The notes beneath the pieces were generated by a model. That model was not told where the DNA came from. It made no database searches and worked only from the letters and a program-made list of their open reading frames with translations. From Candidatus Bathyarchaeota archaeon (GTDB lineage Archaea > Thermoproteota > Bathyarchaeia > Bathyarchaeales > Bathycorpusculaceae): a DNA stretch of 64,000 nucleotides. The stretch lies in the NCBI GenBank assembly GCA_963775465.1, contig CAVZIW010000015.1, positions 4,217-68,216 of the forward strand, given 5' to 3'. The position numbers and the translations under genes were made by a program. Every line of letters starts with the position of its first letter. Within the stretch, counting starts at the first letter, position 1. Positions 9,454 to 19,613 of this stretch are shown here, piece by piece.

Positions 9454-11097
9454 ATGGCATATTTAACACAAACCCAAAGTGGTCAACCTGTACTGATCCT
9501 AAAAGAAGGAACAACTCGAAGTAGAGGTAAAGAAGCTCAGCGAAACAACATAATGGCAGCTCGAGTAATCGGTGAAGTGCTAAAAACAACCTTAGGTCCA
9601 AGAGGCATGGACAAAATGCTCATCGACTCTCTTGGAGACATCACCATAACAAACGATGGTGCCACAATTCTTAAAGAAATTGACGTGGAACATCCAGCAG
9701 CAAAAATGATGATTGAAATCGCCAAAACTCAAGACGACATGGTAGGCGACGGAACCACAACCGTTGTAGTTCTAGCAAGCGAACTTCTTAAGAAAGCCGA
9801 AGAGCTCCTGGACCAAAAAATCCACCCAATGGTACTCGTTGCAGGATACCGCAAAGCTGCACAGAAAGCAATTGAAATCATGGCGAAAAACGCGGTGGTC
9901 ATTGATGTTGATGATAAAAAAATGATGATGAAAGTTGCTTTGACTTCCATGGGGAGCAAAGCTGTGGGTGGTGCTAAAGAGCACTTCGCAGAAATCGCCA
10001 TAGAATCGGTAAAGCAGATAGCCCAGAAGAATGAGAACCAGATTATTGCTGACATAGATAACATACAACTGGTAAAGAAAACCGGTAAAAGTCTAATCGA
10101 GACGCAACTAATCCGAGGCATTATCATAGATAAAGAAGTCGTCAACCCAGGGATGCCTAAAAAGAAGGAGAACGCTAAAATTGCGCTTTTAGATATAGCA
10201 TTAGAAATTGAAAAAACTGAAATGACCGCGGAAATACGTATCCATGAGCCAAACCAGATGAAAGCTTTCCTCGACCAAGAAGACAGCACACTCAAAGAAA
10301 TGGTAACAAAGATCAAAGCTTCAGGTGCAAACGTTGTGTTTTGCCAGAAAGGCATTGATGATATGGTTCAACATTTTCTATCCAAAGAAGGCATAATCGC
10401 AGCAAGACGCGTAAAAGAATCGGATATGGAGAAACTCGCGAGAGCTACAGGCGGACGAATATCCTCTAACTTAAGTGATCTAAAGGCGGCTGACTTGGGT
10501 TTTGCCGGCTTAGTGGAAGAGCGCAAAATCGGCGACGACAAAATGATCTTTGTCGAAAAATGCAAAGATCCGCATTCAGTAGCTATACTAATACGTGCAG
10601 GGCTTGAAAGAATGGTTGATGAAGCAGAGAGAGTCATAATCGATGCTTTGTCAGTAATTTCAGACGTCATAGAAAACAATAAAATCGTAGCTGGCGGCGG
10701 GGCAATCGAAATTGAAATCGCCAAAGAACTACGTAAATATTCAACCAAAGTTGGAGGAAGACAACAACTAGCAGTAGAGGCTTTCGCTGATGCCGTTGAA
10801 GTCATACCGCGCACGCTTGCAGAGAACGGAGGGTTAGAACCAATCGACATACTCATAAGTCTGCGTCAAGTACACGACAAAGAGGACGGCAAATACATTG
10901 GCATCAACATATTTACTGGTAAACTGCAAAACAGCATTGAAAACGGCATTATCGAACCAATAGTGGTCAAAGAACAAGCCTTCAAATCTGCAGCAGAATC
11001 AGCAGCGATGATCTTACGCGTTGATGACATCATAACAGGCAAATCTCCGAAAGGAGGACCAGCCGGAGGAATGCCAGGCGGCATGGGAGAAGAATAA
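9454..11097 (+). CDS. Thermosome (group II chaperonin) subunit
   Basis: [28 protein letters not shown]-terminal GGM tail. Confidence 0.97.
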   Translation: MAYLTQTQSGQPVLILKEGTTRSRGKEAQRNNIMAARVIGEVLKTTLGPRGMDKMLIDSLGDITITNDGATILKEIDVEHPAAKMMIEIAKTQDDMVGDGTTTVVVLASELLKKAEELLDQKIHPMVLVAGYRKAAQKAIEIMAKNAVVIDVDDKKMMMKVALTSMGSKAVGGAKEHFAEIAIESVKQIAQKNENQIIADIDNIQLVKKTGKSLIETQLIRGIIIDKEVVNPGMPKKKENAKIALLDIALEIEKTEMTAEIRIHEPNQMKAFLDQEDSTLKEMVTKIKASGANVVFCQKGIDDMVQHFLSKEGIIAARRVKESDMEKLARATGGRISSNLSDLKAADLGFAGLVEERKIGDDKMIFVEKCKDPHSVAILIRAGLERMVDEAERVIIDALSVISDVIENNKIVAGGGAIEIEIAKELRKYSTKVGGRQQLAVEAFADAVEVIPRTLAENGGLEPIDILISLRQVHDKEDGKYIGINIFTGKLQNSIENGIIEPIVVKEQAFKSAAESAAMILRVDDIITGKSPKGGPAGGMPGGMGEE

Positions 11098-11247
11098 TTT
11101 TCCCCCTTTAATTCTATAATGAAAACAACGATCAACACATCATATTTGTCAGCCTGCTTATTGTTTATATCTTGGTTTTGCCTACTTCTATTCGGAAGCT
11201 TTCTTGTGACTATATTTTTAATAGGAATTTGGAGTGTGAAAATTTAA

Positions 11248-11556
11248 ATGGTTAGTTCAATCGTGTCTTTGCCCGTAAAGTGGGAAAAGTATCTGAAACA
11301 GTTAGCTGACGATCATCAAGTTGACCTGAATGGTGTTATCCGAGAATTGTGCGAGTGGGCTTTTTCCAATTCGGAAAGCAAAAAACAGTTTAAAGCATGG
11401 CTAGATGATGCTTTTCCGCCTCAAGGCGAAGCTGAGGACAAAGCAAGAGCTACTGGTGACAGAGAAAGAACGCGAGAGGAAGAATTGGAAGAAAAATCCG
11501 AAGAAGAAGTCCATGAGGACAGAGACTACAGTGAAGACCGAGATATGCGTTCCTGA
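11248..11556 (+). CDS. Hypothetical protein (RHH-like N-terminus, acidic tail)
   Basis: 102 aa ORF with ATG start; low-complexity E/D/R-rich C-terminus. Confidence 0.55.
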   Translation: MVSSIVSLPVKWEKYLKQLADDHQVDLNGVIRELCEWAFSNSESKKQFKAWLDDAFPPQGEAEDKARATGDRERTREEELEEKSEEEVHEDRDYSEDRDMRS

Positions 11557-11773
11557 GTTTATAGCAGCCAACTATTCTTTGTTACATCTCCAACACGCAA
11601 ACAAAAAAATTTAATTTAAATTATGCCCTGCCGCTTCTGCCTGTCTGCAAGACATCGAGCAATCATAAAAAATCCATTTATTCATCTTACCGAAGAAAAA
11701 CAGCGATGTTTGTTTTTATAGATGAATCATATTTAAGTTTGAACAACTTCGAGAGCTCAGGTCTTATCTAATT

Positions 11774-12778
11774 ATGCAACAAAAAATTATTGGTCAATAC
11801 TTAGAACCTCTATGGTTAGGCATGCGGATTTACCGCGGTTTTATGTTGAATTTGTTAGGAGGGAAAGTTCCGTTTTTTTGTGGGCACAAGTTGACTTATA
11901 ATTGTAATCTTAAATGTAAAATGTGTCCTTTTTGGAAAAGATCCGCTCAAGATTCAAGTTTTGAGCAAGAAAAAGTGATTTTGAAACAGATTTATAATTC
12001 TGGGGCTTGCGGAGTTGCTTTTGAAGGCGGCGAACCGCTGCTTAGGCGTGATTTGATTGATATTCTTGCTTTCTCTCGGTCTTTGCCTTTACATACCAGC
12101 CTAATAACTAACGGTACGTTACTCGAATCTAAGATAGATCAGATAGCTCCCTTCATCAACGGGGTTGTTTATGTATCGTTAGACGGTCTTAGGAAAACTC
12201 ATGATTCTATCCGCGGAGTCGATGGCTGTTTTGAGAAAGCGGTTCGTGGCATAGATGCTGCAAAAGAAAAAGTTGCTGTTACAATTAACACTACCATTAT
12301 GGCGGAGAATGTTGATGAGGTTGAAAGTTTGGTGGGCTTGTCTAGAGAGTTAGGAGTAAGAATATCAGTGGCCGTTGCCCATGATTACTGCAGTACCGTT
12401 GCTTCTTCTCCTGCTATTGACAGCATACCAAAAATTGCCAATAGGCTCATTGAAATGAAACGAGAAGGCTACCCGATTGTCAATTCAATTGAATACTTCA
12501 AAGTATTAACAAAAGAGAAAAAATGGCGGTGCAAGCCATGGGCGATGATAAACGTCGATCCTAACGGAAAAATTGTTTTACCATGCTATGTTCACAATGA
12601 CTATGATAGCAGTGTTTCAATAATTGACAGGGGCATTAGTGGTGCTGTTTCTGATTTTGACTGGAAAAAAGTAGAAAATTGCAGTAAATGTAACCTTCAT
12701 TGCTACGTTGAGCCTTCCTTGGTGATTTCAAGAGATATTAAAACATACATACATTGGGCATTTCGAGTCAGCATCTAA
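11774..12778 (+). CDS. Radical SAM protein, PTO1314-like, with C-terminal Cys cluster
   Basis: CNLKCKMC, GGEPLL, SLDG motifs; C-terminal CKPW...PCY...CSKCNLHC. Confidence 0.8.
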   Translation: MQQKIIGQYLEPLWLGMRIYRGFMLNLLGGKVPFFCGHKLTYNCNLKCKMCPFWKRSAQDSSFEQEKVILKQIYNSGACGVAFEGGEPLLRRDLIDILAFSRSLPLHTSLITNGTLLESKIDQIAPFINGVVYVSLDGLRKTHDSIRGVDGCFEKAVRGIDAAKEKVAVTINTTIMAENVDEVESLVGLSRELGVRISVAVAHDYCSTVASSPAIDSIPKIANRLIEMKREGYPIVNSIEYFKVLTKEKKWRCKPWAMINVDPNGKIVLPCYVHNDYDSSVSIIDRGISGAVSDFDWKKVENCSKCNLHCYVEPSLVISRDIKTYIHWAFRVSI

Positions 12779-12885
12779 ATTTTAAGCAATCATCTATTCT
12801 GAAACATATTTTCTTTACTATCGATTTGCTTCTCAAGAATTTGACAAACAAAATAAAAAAAGCTATGTTAGAGCTTAAAAAAAGG

Positions 12886-14913
12886 TTAAGTTAGGTTTAT
12901 TGTTGCGATCTTTGAGAGGTCCGTTAAGCTGTTTAGCTGCACTTCTGAGTTGGATACTGTGTATAGCGTATTGTCGATGTAGAGTGAACGTGTTATCCAC
13001 TGATTAGACGTGTTATAGTACTCCATTGGGTTGGTTAATTGTCCTTGGCTGTTTAGCAAGGTAGCGTTAATCTGCGTTATTGTTCCTTTGAGAGTTATGC
13101 CGCCCGAAGTTGAAACACTAAAGACGTAAGCTCCCTGCCAAACCATATCGCCGTAAGCTGGGAAACTTGACGGATACTGCTGCACTAACGTTTGATTTAT
13201 GATTGCCAAGTCGACTGGTATTACGAGCAGGTTTTTACTTTGGGCAAACAGGAAAGCTTTTGGATCGTTCAACGCTGCCGAATCTGTCCCTCTATCCCCA
13301 ATGACAAAGTTTGCCATCTGAACAGGGTTCGCTACGTCGCTAACATCAAACAACGCAACTTTTAAGCCTTGGTACCATGCAAAATTACTTTGATCTGAAG
13401 CAATAGCTTCTTTGCCAATGCCGATTAAGTGTGTAGCATCTAAGGGATGAAGGTAATCGCTGTATCCTGGGATTTTGAGTTCCCCGAGTACTTTGGGGTT
13501 TTCGGGTTGGCTTAAGTCTAAGACAAATAGGGGGTCCGTTTGAATGAATGTCACAAGGTAACCTTTTTCGCCCATGAATCTGACTGCATGAAGATTCTCA
13601 CCTTGTCCGAGGCCTTCTATTTTGCCGATTGTTTTGAGGGATTGGTCAAGGACATAGACGTTGTTTGTTTGAGATGGAGCTGTTGTTGTAGAGCTGGTTA
13701 TTGTGTATTGGTAAAGGTGGGTGGCTACTCGGAGGTTTCCGTTGTATTCATCCATGGAGTATTGGTCTATTACGTAGCCTGGAATGTTGCCTTGGGCTTC
13801 TAAGCTGAGTTGCAAGCCGTTAATTTTTACTCTGTAGATTGAGGTTAAGTCTGTGCCGTTTGCCCAATTTGGGTAGGCTATGTAGATGTTGTCGGGTGAG
13901 ACATACATGGTGCTTGCGCCGCTCATAAGTACAGTCATGTTGGTGGGTTCCTGTTGATCATCCATTAGGTTTATGCCGTAGAAGCTTGTGAATGAGTAGT
14001 AGTTGGATTGGTTCATGTCTGCATAGTAGATGCTAGTCGGTGAGGAGGCGTATGCTTCTCCATCCTTATAGACTGTTGGAACCAATACAGCTTCATCGTA
14101 CACAAATGCATTTTGACTAGTTACTTCGTACAGGTAGTCGCCTATCATTCGAGAGTTGAAATAGCTTCCACTTACCGTAAAGTTGCGGGTTAAAACTGGG
14201 TTGGCTTTGCTGGTTATATCATAAACGTAGATGGAGGTAGACGCATAACTAAAGTAGGGAAAAATCATTATTTCTCTTGACGCTAAACCCGTGGCGTATA
14301 TGTATTTGTTTACTAGAACTGCAAGTCGACTGCTGTCAGAACTTACGAACAAGCCGATAGGTGTAGAGGTGTCATCAAGAGAGATTTTAGAGACAACTTT
14401 AGCATCTTGAGGATCTGCATTAAGAATGTATATTTTATTGTTTGCTTGTTGAGAGTCACCTAAGTAATGCACATAGCTACCTTGCGCGTTCGATAGTGTG
14501 TAGATATATTGTCCATCAGTTTTTACAGTGTCTGCTTCATCGACACCTGCAACTTGAATGTTGGTGGATGAATAGTCTGAGCTCATGTCATAAGTGCCGG
14601 TGGATTGTGCTGCCGGCATCGGTGCCATGTTTTCAATACCTAAACCTTTTCCTCCAGAATAATATCCTTGCGAGGCGTCAGCAAGATAACTTTTCAATTC
14701 CTCAACCGAGGCAAAAGTTTTCATTCCATCAACGCTGGGAGATTGAATTAAGTTTGTTCCCGAACCAGGCGAGCCATTATCGCCAGGAGCCTGGGAAGAT
14801 GGAAAATTGGGCGTTGAACCGAATGCGTAAACCATCGAAATTAGAATTATTGCGCAAAGAATTGCCGCTGTTCCATAAAGTGTGGTTTTCTTCTTAACTT
14901 CTTTCTGAACCAT
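12886..14913 (-). CDS. Membrane-anchored/secreted beta-propeller protein (Beta_propel family)
   Basis: N-terminal TM; YSSTNIQVAGVDEADTVKTDG, DQYSMDEYNGNLRVAT, TDPLFVLDLS, GELKIPGYSDYLHP. Confidence 0.85.
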   Translation of the reverse strand: MVQKEVKKKTTLYGTAAILCAIILISMVYAFGSTPNFPSSQAPGDNGSPGSGTNLIQSPSVDGMKTFASVEELKSYLADASQGYYSGGKGLGIENMAPMPAAQSTGTYDMSSDYSSTNIQVAGVDEADTVKTDGQYIYTLSNAQGSYVHYLGDSQQANNKIYILNADPQDAKVVSKISLDDTSTPIGLFVSSDSSRLAVLVNKYIYATGLASREIMIFPYFSYASTSIYVYDITSKANPVLTRNFTVSGSYFNSRMIGDYLYEVTSQNAFVYDEAVLVPTVYKDGEAYASSPTSIYYADMNQSNYYSFTSFYGINLMDDQQEPTNMTVLMSGASTMYVSPDNIYIAYPNWANGTDLTSIYRVKINGLQLSLEAQGNIPGYVIDQYSMDEYNGNLRVATHLYQYTITSSTTTAPSQTNNVYVLDQSLKTIGKIEGLGQGENLHAVRFMGEKGYLVTFIQTDPLFVLDLSQPENPKVLGELKIPGYSDYLHPLDATHLIGIGKEAIASDQSNFAWYQGLKVALFDVSDVANPVQMANFVIGDRGTDSAALNDPKAFLFAQSKNLLVIPVDLAIINQTLVQQYPSSFPAYGDMVWQGAYVFSVSTSGGITLKGTITQINATLLNSQGQLTNPMEYYNTSNQWITRSLYIDNTLYTVSNSEVQLNSLTDLSKIATINLT

Positions 14914-14967
14914 GAACTAATTCTCCTGTCATACCATATTTTTGTTTTTATATTATCCTAAGCATGC

Positions 14968-14992
14968 GAACAACCTGTTCTAATTGTTAGAA
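14968..14992. promoter_or_regulatory. Overlapping inverted repeats GAACA-N3-TGTTC and TTCTAA-N3-TTAGAA upstream of the beta-propeller gene
   Basis: Contains AATTGTTAGAA (14982-14992), identical to 15481-15491. Confidence 0.45.
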
Positions 14993-15433
14993 TGGCCTCA
15001 TTTGCCAAACACGATATGCTTCATACCAAAAGATTATGCATACAATTGCCCCAAAAGAAATGATGAACAAGTTATCTCGAGTAAGACTGTGAACCAGCAA
15101 CAAGAGGTAGCTCGCATAGAACACAGTTGAGAACAAAGCGTAGAAGAAGAACCTTGGAAACAAGAGCTTGCCCAATTTTACGTAGTGCCGCAGAACCCCG
15201 ATTTTGACTTCTCCAACCAAAGAGTAGTGTCCGCCCACTTCTTCTTTTTGCACTAAACCTAATTCTTGTAGCTGTTCAAGATGGTGGAAAGCAATGCTGG
15301 GGCTGCTAAAATGTAACGCTCTTTGGACTTCTCGGACACCAACTGGACTGCCTGTTTTCAATAGAAACCAGTAAACTCTCCAGGCTTTGCCTCGTAGAGC
15401 ATACTCAAGCTCTGTTTCGTTGCTCTCCCTCAA
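14987..15433 (-). CDS. Membrane-bound winged-HTH (ArsR-like) regulator with two C-terminal TM helices
   Basis: VYWFLLKTGSPVGVREVQRALHFSSPSIAFHHLEQLQELGLV wHTH followed by two hydrophobic helices. Confidence 0.8.
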   Translation of the reverse strand: MRESNETELEYALRGKAWRVYWFLLKTGSPVGVREVQRALHFSSPSIAFHHLEQLQELGLVQKEEVGGHYSLVGEVKIGVLRHYVKLGKLLFPRFFFYALFSTVFYASYLLLLVHSLTRDNLFIISFGAIVCIIFWYEAYRVWQMRPF

Positions 15434-15480
15434 GAAGTGTAGTCCTCAGAGGCATATCGTAGCTGGCTAAATATAAGTCC

Positions 15481-15496
15481 AATTGTTAGAACAATT
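15481..15496. promoter_or_regulatory. Perfect palindrome AATTGTT-AG-AACAATT upstream of the wHTH-TM gene
   Basis: 7-bp inverted repeat adjacent to the minus-strand TATA-like TTATATTTA (15477-15469). Confidence 0.55.
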
Positions 15497-15613
15497 CATT
15501 CTATTAGCAGTGCATGTTATTTTTGTTGTCTTTGGTTATTTTGCAGTGCCTCTCTATTTTCTGGTTTTAGATAAAATATTGTTTTTTTGTTCTTAGCGCG
15601 TTTAAGTTCAGAT

Positions 15614-17002
15614 TTAAGATTGGTTTTCTTCTAATCCCCAAAAGCTGAGAATAGGTTCATTATCAACATATTTGCGAACTCGAATGTTATCAAAAAAGAC
15701 GCTAGCGCCATAATGATTCTGCAGAGATATTTCCCCATTGTTTGCATATTCGTTGTTGCTAACGGTTGATTTTAACACATCATTACTATACATTTTGAAA
15801 ATGGATCCAATAACTTCGATTCTTACATTTTGCCATTGATTAGGTAAACCACATCTAGTTATTGAGGATCCAAAGCCACCCCACCCATTGTATGCTGGCT
15901 TCATCCATGGAGATTCTGATCCAGATCGACAATCCCATCTTGCTTTGTATCCAACATTGTTGCTGTAAATGCCTCTGAAGCCTATTTCTGGAAGAGCGCT
16001 TGTCGATGGAAAAATATCTGCCTCTATAATTCCATCATGAAAATCAGTGTAGCTAGCACTTGAACCAAGAACAGTGTGACCATAAGGGCTTGATGTGGTT
16101 CCTCCATCAAGAACAAGATGACCAGAGTTGATGTAAATGTGAGCGCCGTTTACTTCTTTTGTCCACTTGCTTAAATCGCTACTGAAGTCGTCATAGAAGA
16201 TGAAAGTGGCACTCCCATTGCTCATCGAAGACGCTTCATTGTTACCATAATACATGAATATGGTCTGAGATTGCGCAGTTAAATTCCCTGGTATTTTGAC
16301 CCAGAATGTGGCAGTTGCAGAATCAATCTTGCTTTCTAACCAATAAGATATCAAAGTCTGCTTATCTGATTGAGCAAATCTTACATCTCCAAAGTCAGTT
16401 TTTGCTTTGTTTTCCAAGTAAACATTTTCGCCCTCATCATCGCCGACTCCATAATTCACTATAAATTTAATTGTATAGTCTGTTCCGGCGGTAGCTACAG
16501 AACCGTCGATTAGAAGACTTTTTCTGAAGTTCCATCCAGACAACCACTGAGTACTGGGAGTTTGTGAACCATCTGAAATGTTGGTTGCTTCAGCGGTAAA
16601 CAAGAGAGTGTTGCCTTTCTCAGTTGTGATTTTTATTGTATATTTTGCATTAGGAGCAAAAGAGTGCGGATTAATAATCAGGACATTTGCGTAAGTGCCT
16701 TTGTTGATGATTAAGCTGTATGTTGGTCCGGTTGTTGTCATGTTGGCTGTTTTGCCGTCTATTGTCGCGCTTTGAAGAGTTACACTTGATGCACCGGCAT
16801 TTAGGATGGTGACGTTCACGGAATTCTCAGGGCTATTTGGGAAGGCTACGTTGATTATTTTTGTTTGCTCGGCATTTCCCATAAGTCCAATGGTCATTCC
16901 ACCCATCCAAGATGCGACAACAACAGCAACTGCAACAGTCACAGCTATAAGAATGATTGAAGCAATGACTGGACTTAGAGCTGTACTATTTCTATTTGTC
17001 AA
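15614..17002 (-). CDS. Archaeal pilin-like N-terminal domain fused to DUF2341 and lectin-like domains
   Basis: A/LSPVIASIILIAVTVAVAVVV class III-like N-terminus; later WNFRK, DFGDVRF and YWLE...ATFWVKIP (DUF2341), IFYDDFS. Confidence 0.75.
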   Translation of the reverse strand: MTNRNSTALSPVIASIILIAVTVAVAVVVASWMGGMTIGLMGNAEQTKIINVAFPNSPENSVNVTILNAGASSVTLQSATIDGKTANMTTTGPTYSLIINKGTYANVLIINPHSFAPNAKYTIKITTEKGNTLLFTAEATNISDGSQTPSTQWLSGWNFRKSLLIDGSVATAGTDYTIKFIVNYGVGDDEGENVYLENKAKTDFGDVRFAQSDKQTLISYWLESKIDSATATFWVKIPGNLTAQSQTIFMYYGNNEASSMSNGSATFIFYDDFSSDLSKWTKEVNGAHIYINSGHLVLDGGTTSSPYGHTVLGSSASYTDFHDGIIEADIFPSTSALPEIGFRGIYSNNVGYKARWDCRSGSESPWMKPAYNGWGGFGSSITRCGLPNQWQNVRIEVIGSIFKMYSNDVLKSTVSNNEYANNGEISLQNHYGASVFFDNIRVRKYVDNEPILSFWGLEENQS

Positions 17003-17411
17003 CGCATATTTCTCTCAGTCTCAAATAATACAGGGTGAACTAATTTCTTATAAGTATTATGACTTAATACTACATACAATATGTTGGGGCGTTACCTACG
17101 ACAAAAAACTTTTCTATATGGCTCTAACCGAATCAATCCCTTAGTACAATGATTCAACCCACTACTAATTTTCCAAAGCCAATGAATCCCTAAAACATGA
17201 AAATTGAACTTGGTCTGTAGATGTGTAGAACATAAATACAAAAAGAAATTCTGACAGGTGAATTCTTTGGCAAATGACCTGCGGTTTCTTCATTTCAACT
17301 AAGTATATCGCACGCCTCAAAAATATGGCAGCTCTGAATTGTTGATTGCAGATTCATAAACCATAATAGCGCTGGCAGCCAAAATGAAATAACGACAAGG
17401 GATACGTCAGA

Positions 17412-17996
17412 ATGAAAAAGGTCAAGATCTTCCTAACGTTACTCACAATCGCAATAGTTGTCGCGCCAATTGCCATAGAGGTTCTACTGTATCATGACAA
17501 TTTGCTTGGCTTAATAATCCCATCAGAGATTACTGACATAGTTTCTGGTAATGATGGTGGCAACTCTAATGGCAATAGCAATGGTCTTGATAGTTTACTA
17601 AACTCAGAATTTGAAATGCCTCAACCTGTTGGTGATCCTCATTATGATCCGGCAACCAAAACTGTAGCCTACACCTTTAGTTTTACGAATCCTCTGCCTA
17701 CAGCTATCGAAGTTGATGATGTTCGAGCGGGTATTATCTCGCATAACGATGGTTTTTTCATAGGCAACATGACAATTGACGAACCATTAAAGTTGGATCC
17801 AGGACAAACAGCGGATATCACTGCCCTTCTAATATTATCTGATGACGCAATAAACTACCTTGAAACTAAGTCTGAAACTCAAAGCTCAATTAATATTGAT
17901 CTTGTGGATTTGAATGTTAATTTGGCGGGACTTCAGGTTCAACTTGATAGGCAAAATGTCGGGGATTTTGACATCCCCTCACAGGTATTTGGGTGA
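17412..17996 (+). CDS. Hypothetical protein with N-terminal TM anchor (LEA/WHy-like extracellular domain possible)
   Basis: 194 aa; N-terminal hydrophobic helix; overlaps the next gene. Confidence 0.6.
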   Translation: MKKVKIFLTLLTIAIVVAPIAIEVLLYHDNLLGLIIPSEITDIVSGNDGGNSNGNSNGLDSLLNSEFEMPQPVGDPHYDPATKTVAYTFSFTNPLPTAIEVDDVRAGIISHNDGFFIGNMTIDEPLKLDPGQTADITALLILSDDAINYLETKSETQSSINIDLVDLNVNLAGLQVQLDRQNVGDFDIPSQVFG

Positions 17997-18574
17997 TGAA
18001 AATGAACGTTAAGCAATTCAATTGGTTTGCTCTGGTCGGGGGAATCCTGCTTCTTATTCTTCTCCCTATATCAATCTACGTATCATGGTGGAAACTAACT
18101 GTCGGCGAAAACTTGGTGACGGTTAATGCCTCACCAGTAAATACTAATTTCAATTTAATGGGTACTCAATTCAGTCCAGCCTTAGTTTGGGCAGCTAATC
18201 TCACTAGTATTCTTACTTTCTTGGCTTGCGGAATCATAATGCTGATCTACGCGTTTATCCCCTCTAAACCTTACTCAAAAGATCTTCTGAGTTTTGCTTA
18301 CAGAAAGCCACTCTACATAGTAATTATCTACATAGCCGCTCTACTGATTACAGCGTTCATAACTCAAAGTGCTCTTGGTATCAGTGTACCTATATCGGGA
18401 ACCTCAACTATCGCTCTGCCTCAAAACCTGACAATGGGCGCACACATTAGCGTGGTGATCTCCTCAGCATTCCAGTGGCCTTTCTGGCTTGCCATAGTTG
18501 CGGCGGGACTTTTCATAACTGCAAGAATTTACCACACAAAACTTTCCTCTTCAGCACTTAAACAGACGCCTTAA
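17993..18574 (+). CDS. Hypothetical multi-pass membrane protein
   Basis: Four hydrophobic segments; GTGA overlap indicates translational coupling. Confidence 0.65.
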   Translation: MMKMNVKQFNWFALVGGILLLILLPISIYVSWWKLTVGENLVTVNASPVNTNFNLMGTQFSPALVWAANLTSILTFLACGIIMLIYAFIPSKPYSKDLLSFAYRKPLYIVIIYIAALLITAFITQSALGISVPISGTSTIALPQNLTMGAHISVVISSAFQWPFWLAIVAAGLFITARIYHTKLSSSALKQTP

Positions 18575-18783
18575 GCAAAAACAACCGCTCCGGGAACTCC
18601 GACTACACAGTTAGAATAAAATTAAACATGTTTTTGCTCTCGTTTTAATTTTTCGAAATTCTGCCCCATAAATCTTTATTTTTATTAATTTTTAGTTGTT
18701 TTCTTTAGGTTTTTCGATAGATAGTTACTGCATCTTTAATAGAAAGCCACACCTTTAGAAGGTCACTTAAACGGTGAATATTT

Positions 18784-19053
18784 TTGTCTCAAAAAGTTTA
18801 TGGAAAAATAACCAATTACCGAACAGGCCCTAACTCACAAATATCAAATGAATGCCTAATAGAATTTCAAGGCATAAATTCTAAATCCTTAGCAGGCAAG
18901 TTAATCGGGCAAAAAGTCGCTTGGAAATCTGGAAAAAGCAACATTCTTGGAAAAATCAAAGGTCTCCATGGCAAAAACGGCATGGTTAAAGTTAAATTCC
19001 GCAAAGGAGTTCCCGGTCAAGCAATAGGTTCAACTGTTGAACTAATGAGCTAA
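18784..19053 (+). CDS. rpl35ae: 50S ribosomal protein L35Ae
   Basis: GKITNYRTG...LIGQKVAWKSG...GKIKGLHGKNGMVKVKFRKGVPGQAIG. Confidence 0.9.
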   Translation: MSQKVYGKITNYRTGPNSQISNECLIEFQGINSKSLAGKLIGQKVAWKSGKSNILGKIKGLHGKNGMVKVKFRKGVPGQAIGSTVELMS

Positions 19054-19123
19054 AACTGATCCTAACTACTTCCGGTAGATATCTTTTGGGCTTTTTACCC
19101 AAGTTAAAATAATTAAATATCAG

Positions 19124-19375
19124 GTGAAGAAAATCAAGACAATTAAAGGTTGGAGGCAGCTAGATCACCAAGGCGGCTACCTCAATGAATGTACAGGGCA
19201 AACCCTGATCATTACAAAAAAACAATTCAGCAGCAACTATCATGTCTTGATCTTTGTCGCGGAACAAACGGATGAAAAAGACGGCAAAAAAATTTCACCC
19301 AATTTTTCAACTGAACCTAAAGCCGAAGCTTACGCCTTTAAGCTAATGACTAAACATCCTAACGGGATAGCTTGA
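19124..19375 (+). CDS. Hypothetical protein
   Basis: 83 aa ORF with plausible composition. Confidence 0.55.
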   Translation: MKKIKTIKGWRQLDHQGGYLNECTGQTLIITKKQFSSNYHVLIFVAEQTDEKDGKKISPNFSTEPKAEAYAFKLMTKHPNGIA

Positions 19376-19613
19376 TACTTATAGTATGGACTCTTGTTCT
19401 TTCTTTTTGTCCGCAAGGATAAAAGAGAAAAATTAAAATTTAATCTCTTATTGCGAATTTGGTTTTGTTGTTTGAGCAAGGCATCATTGAACTAACATTA
19501 TACTCGTAAACAGTTGCATTGGGAAAGAATCTATACTTTGGCAGAACAAAAACAACATATAATCCTCAACCTTTAGCTATTTATATTGCATCCTAAATCT
19601 ATTTTATTAGAGA

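Noticed and set aside
9537-11138. Long antisense/overlapping ORFs (e.g. 9729-10355, 10368-10856) and similar shadows over the surface genes
   Set aside because: They are reverse-frame shadows of strongly conserved genes with no independent motifs.
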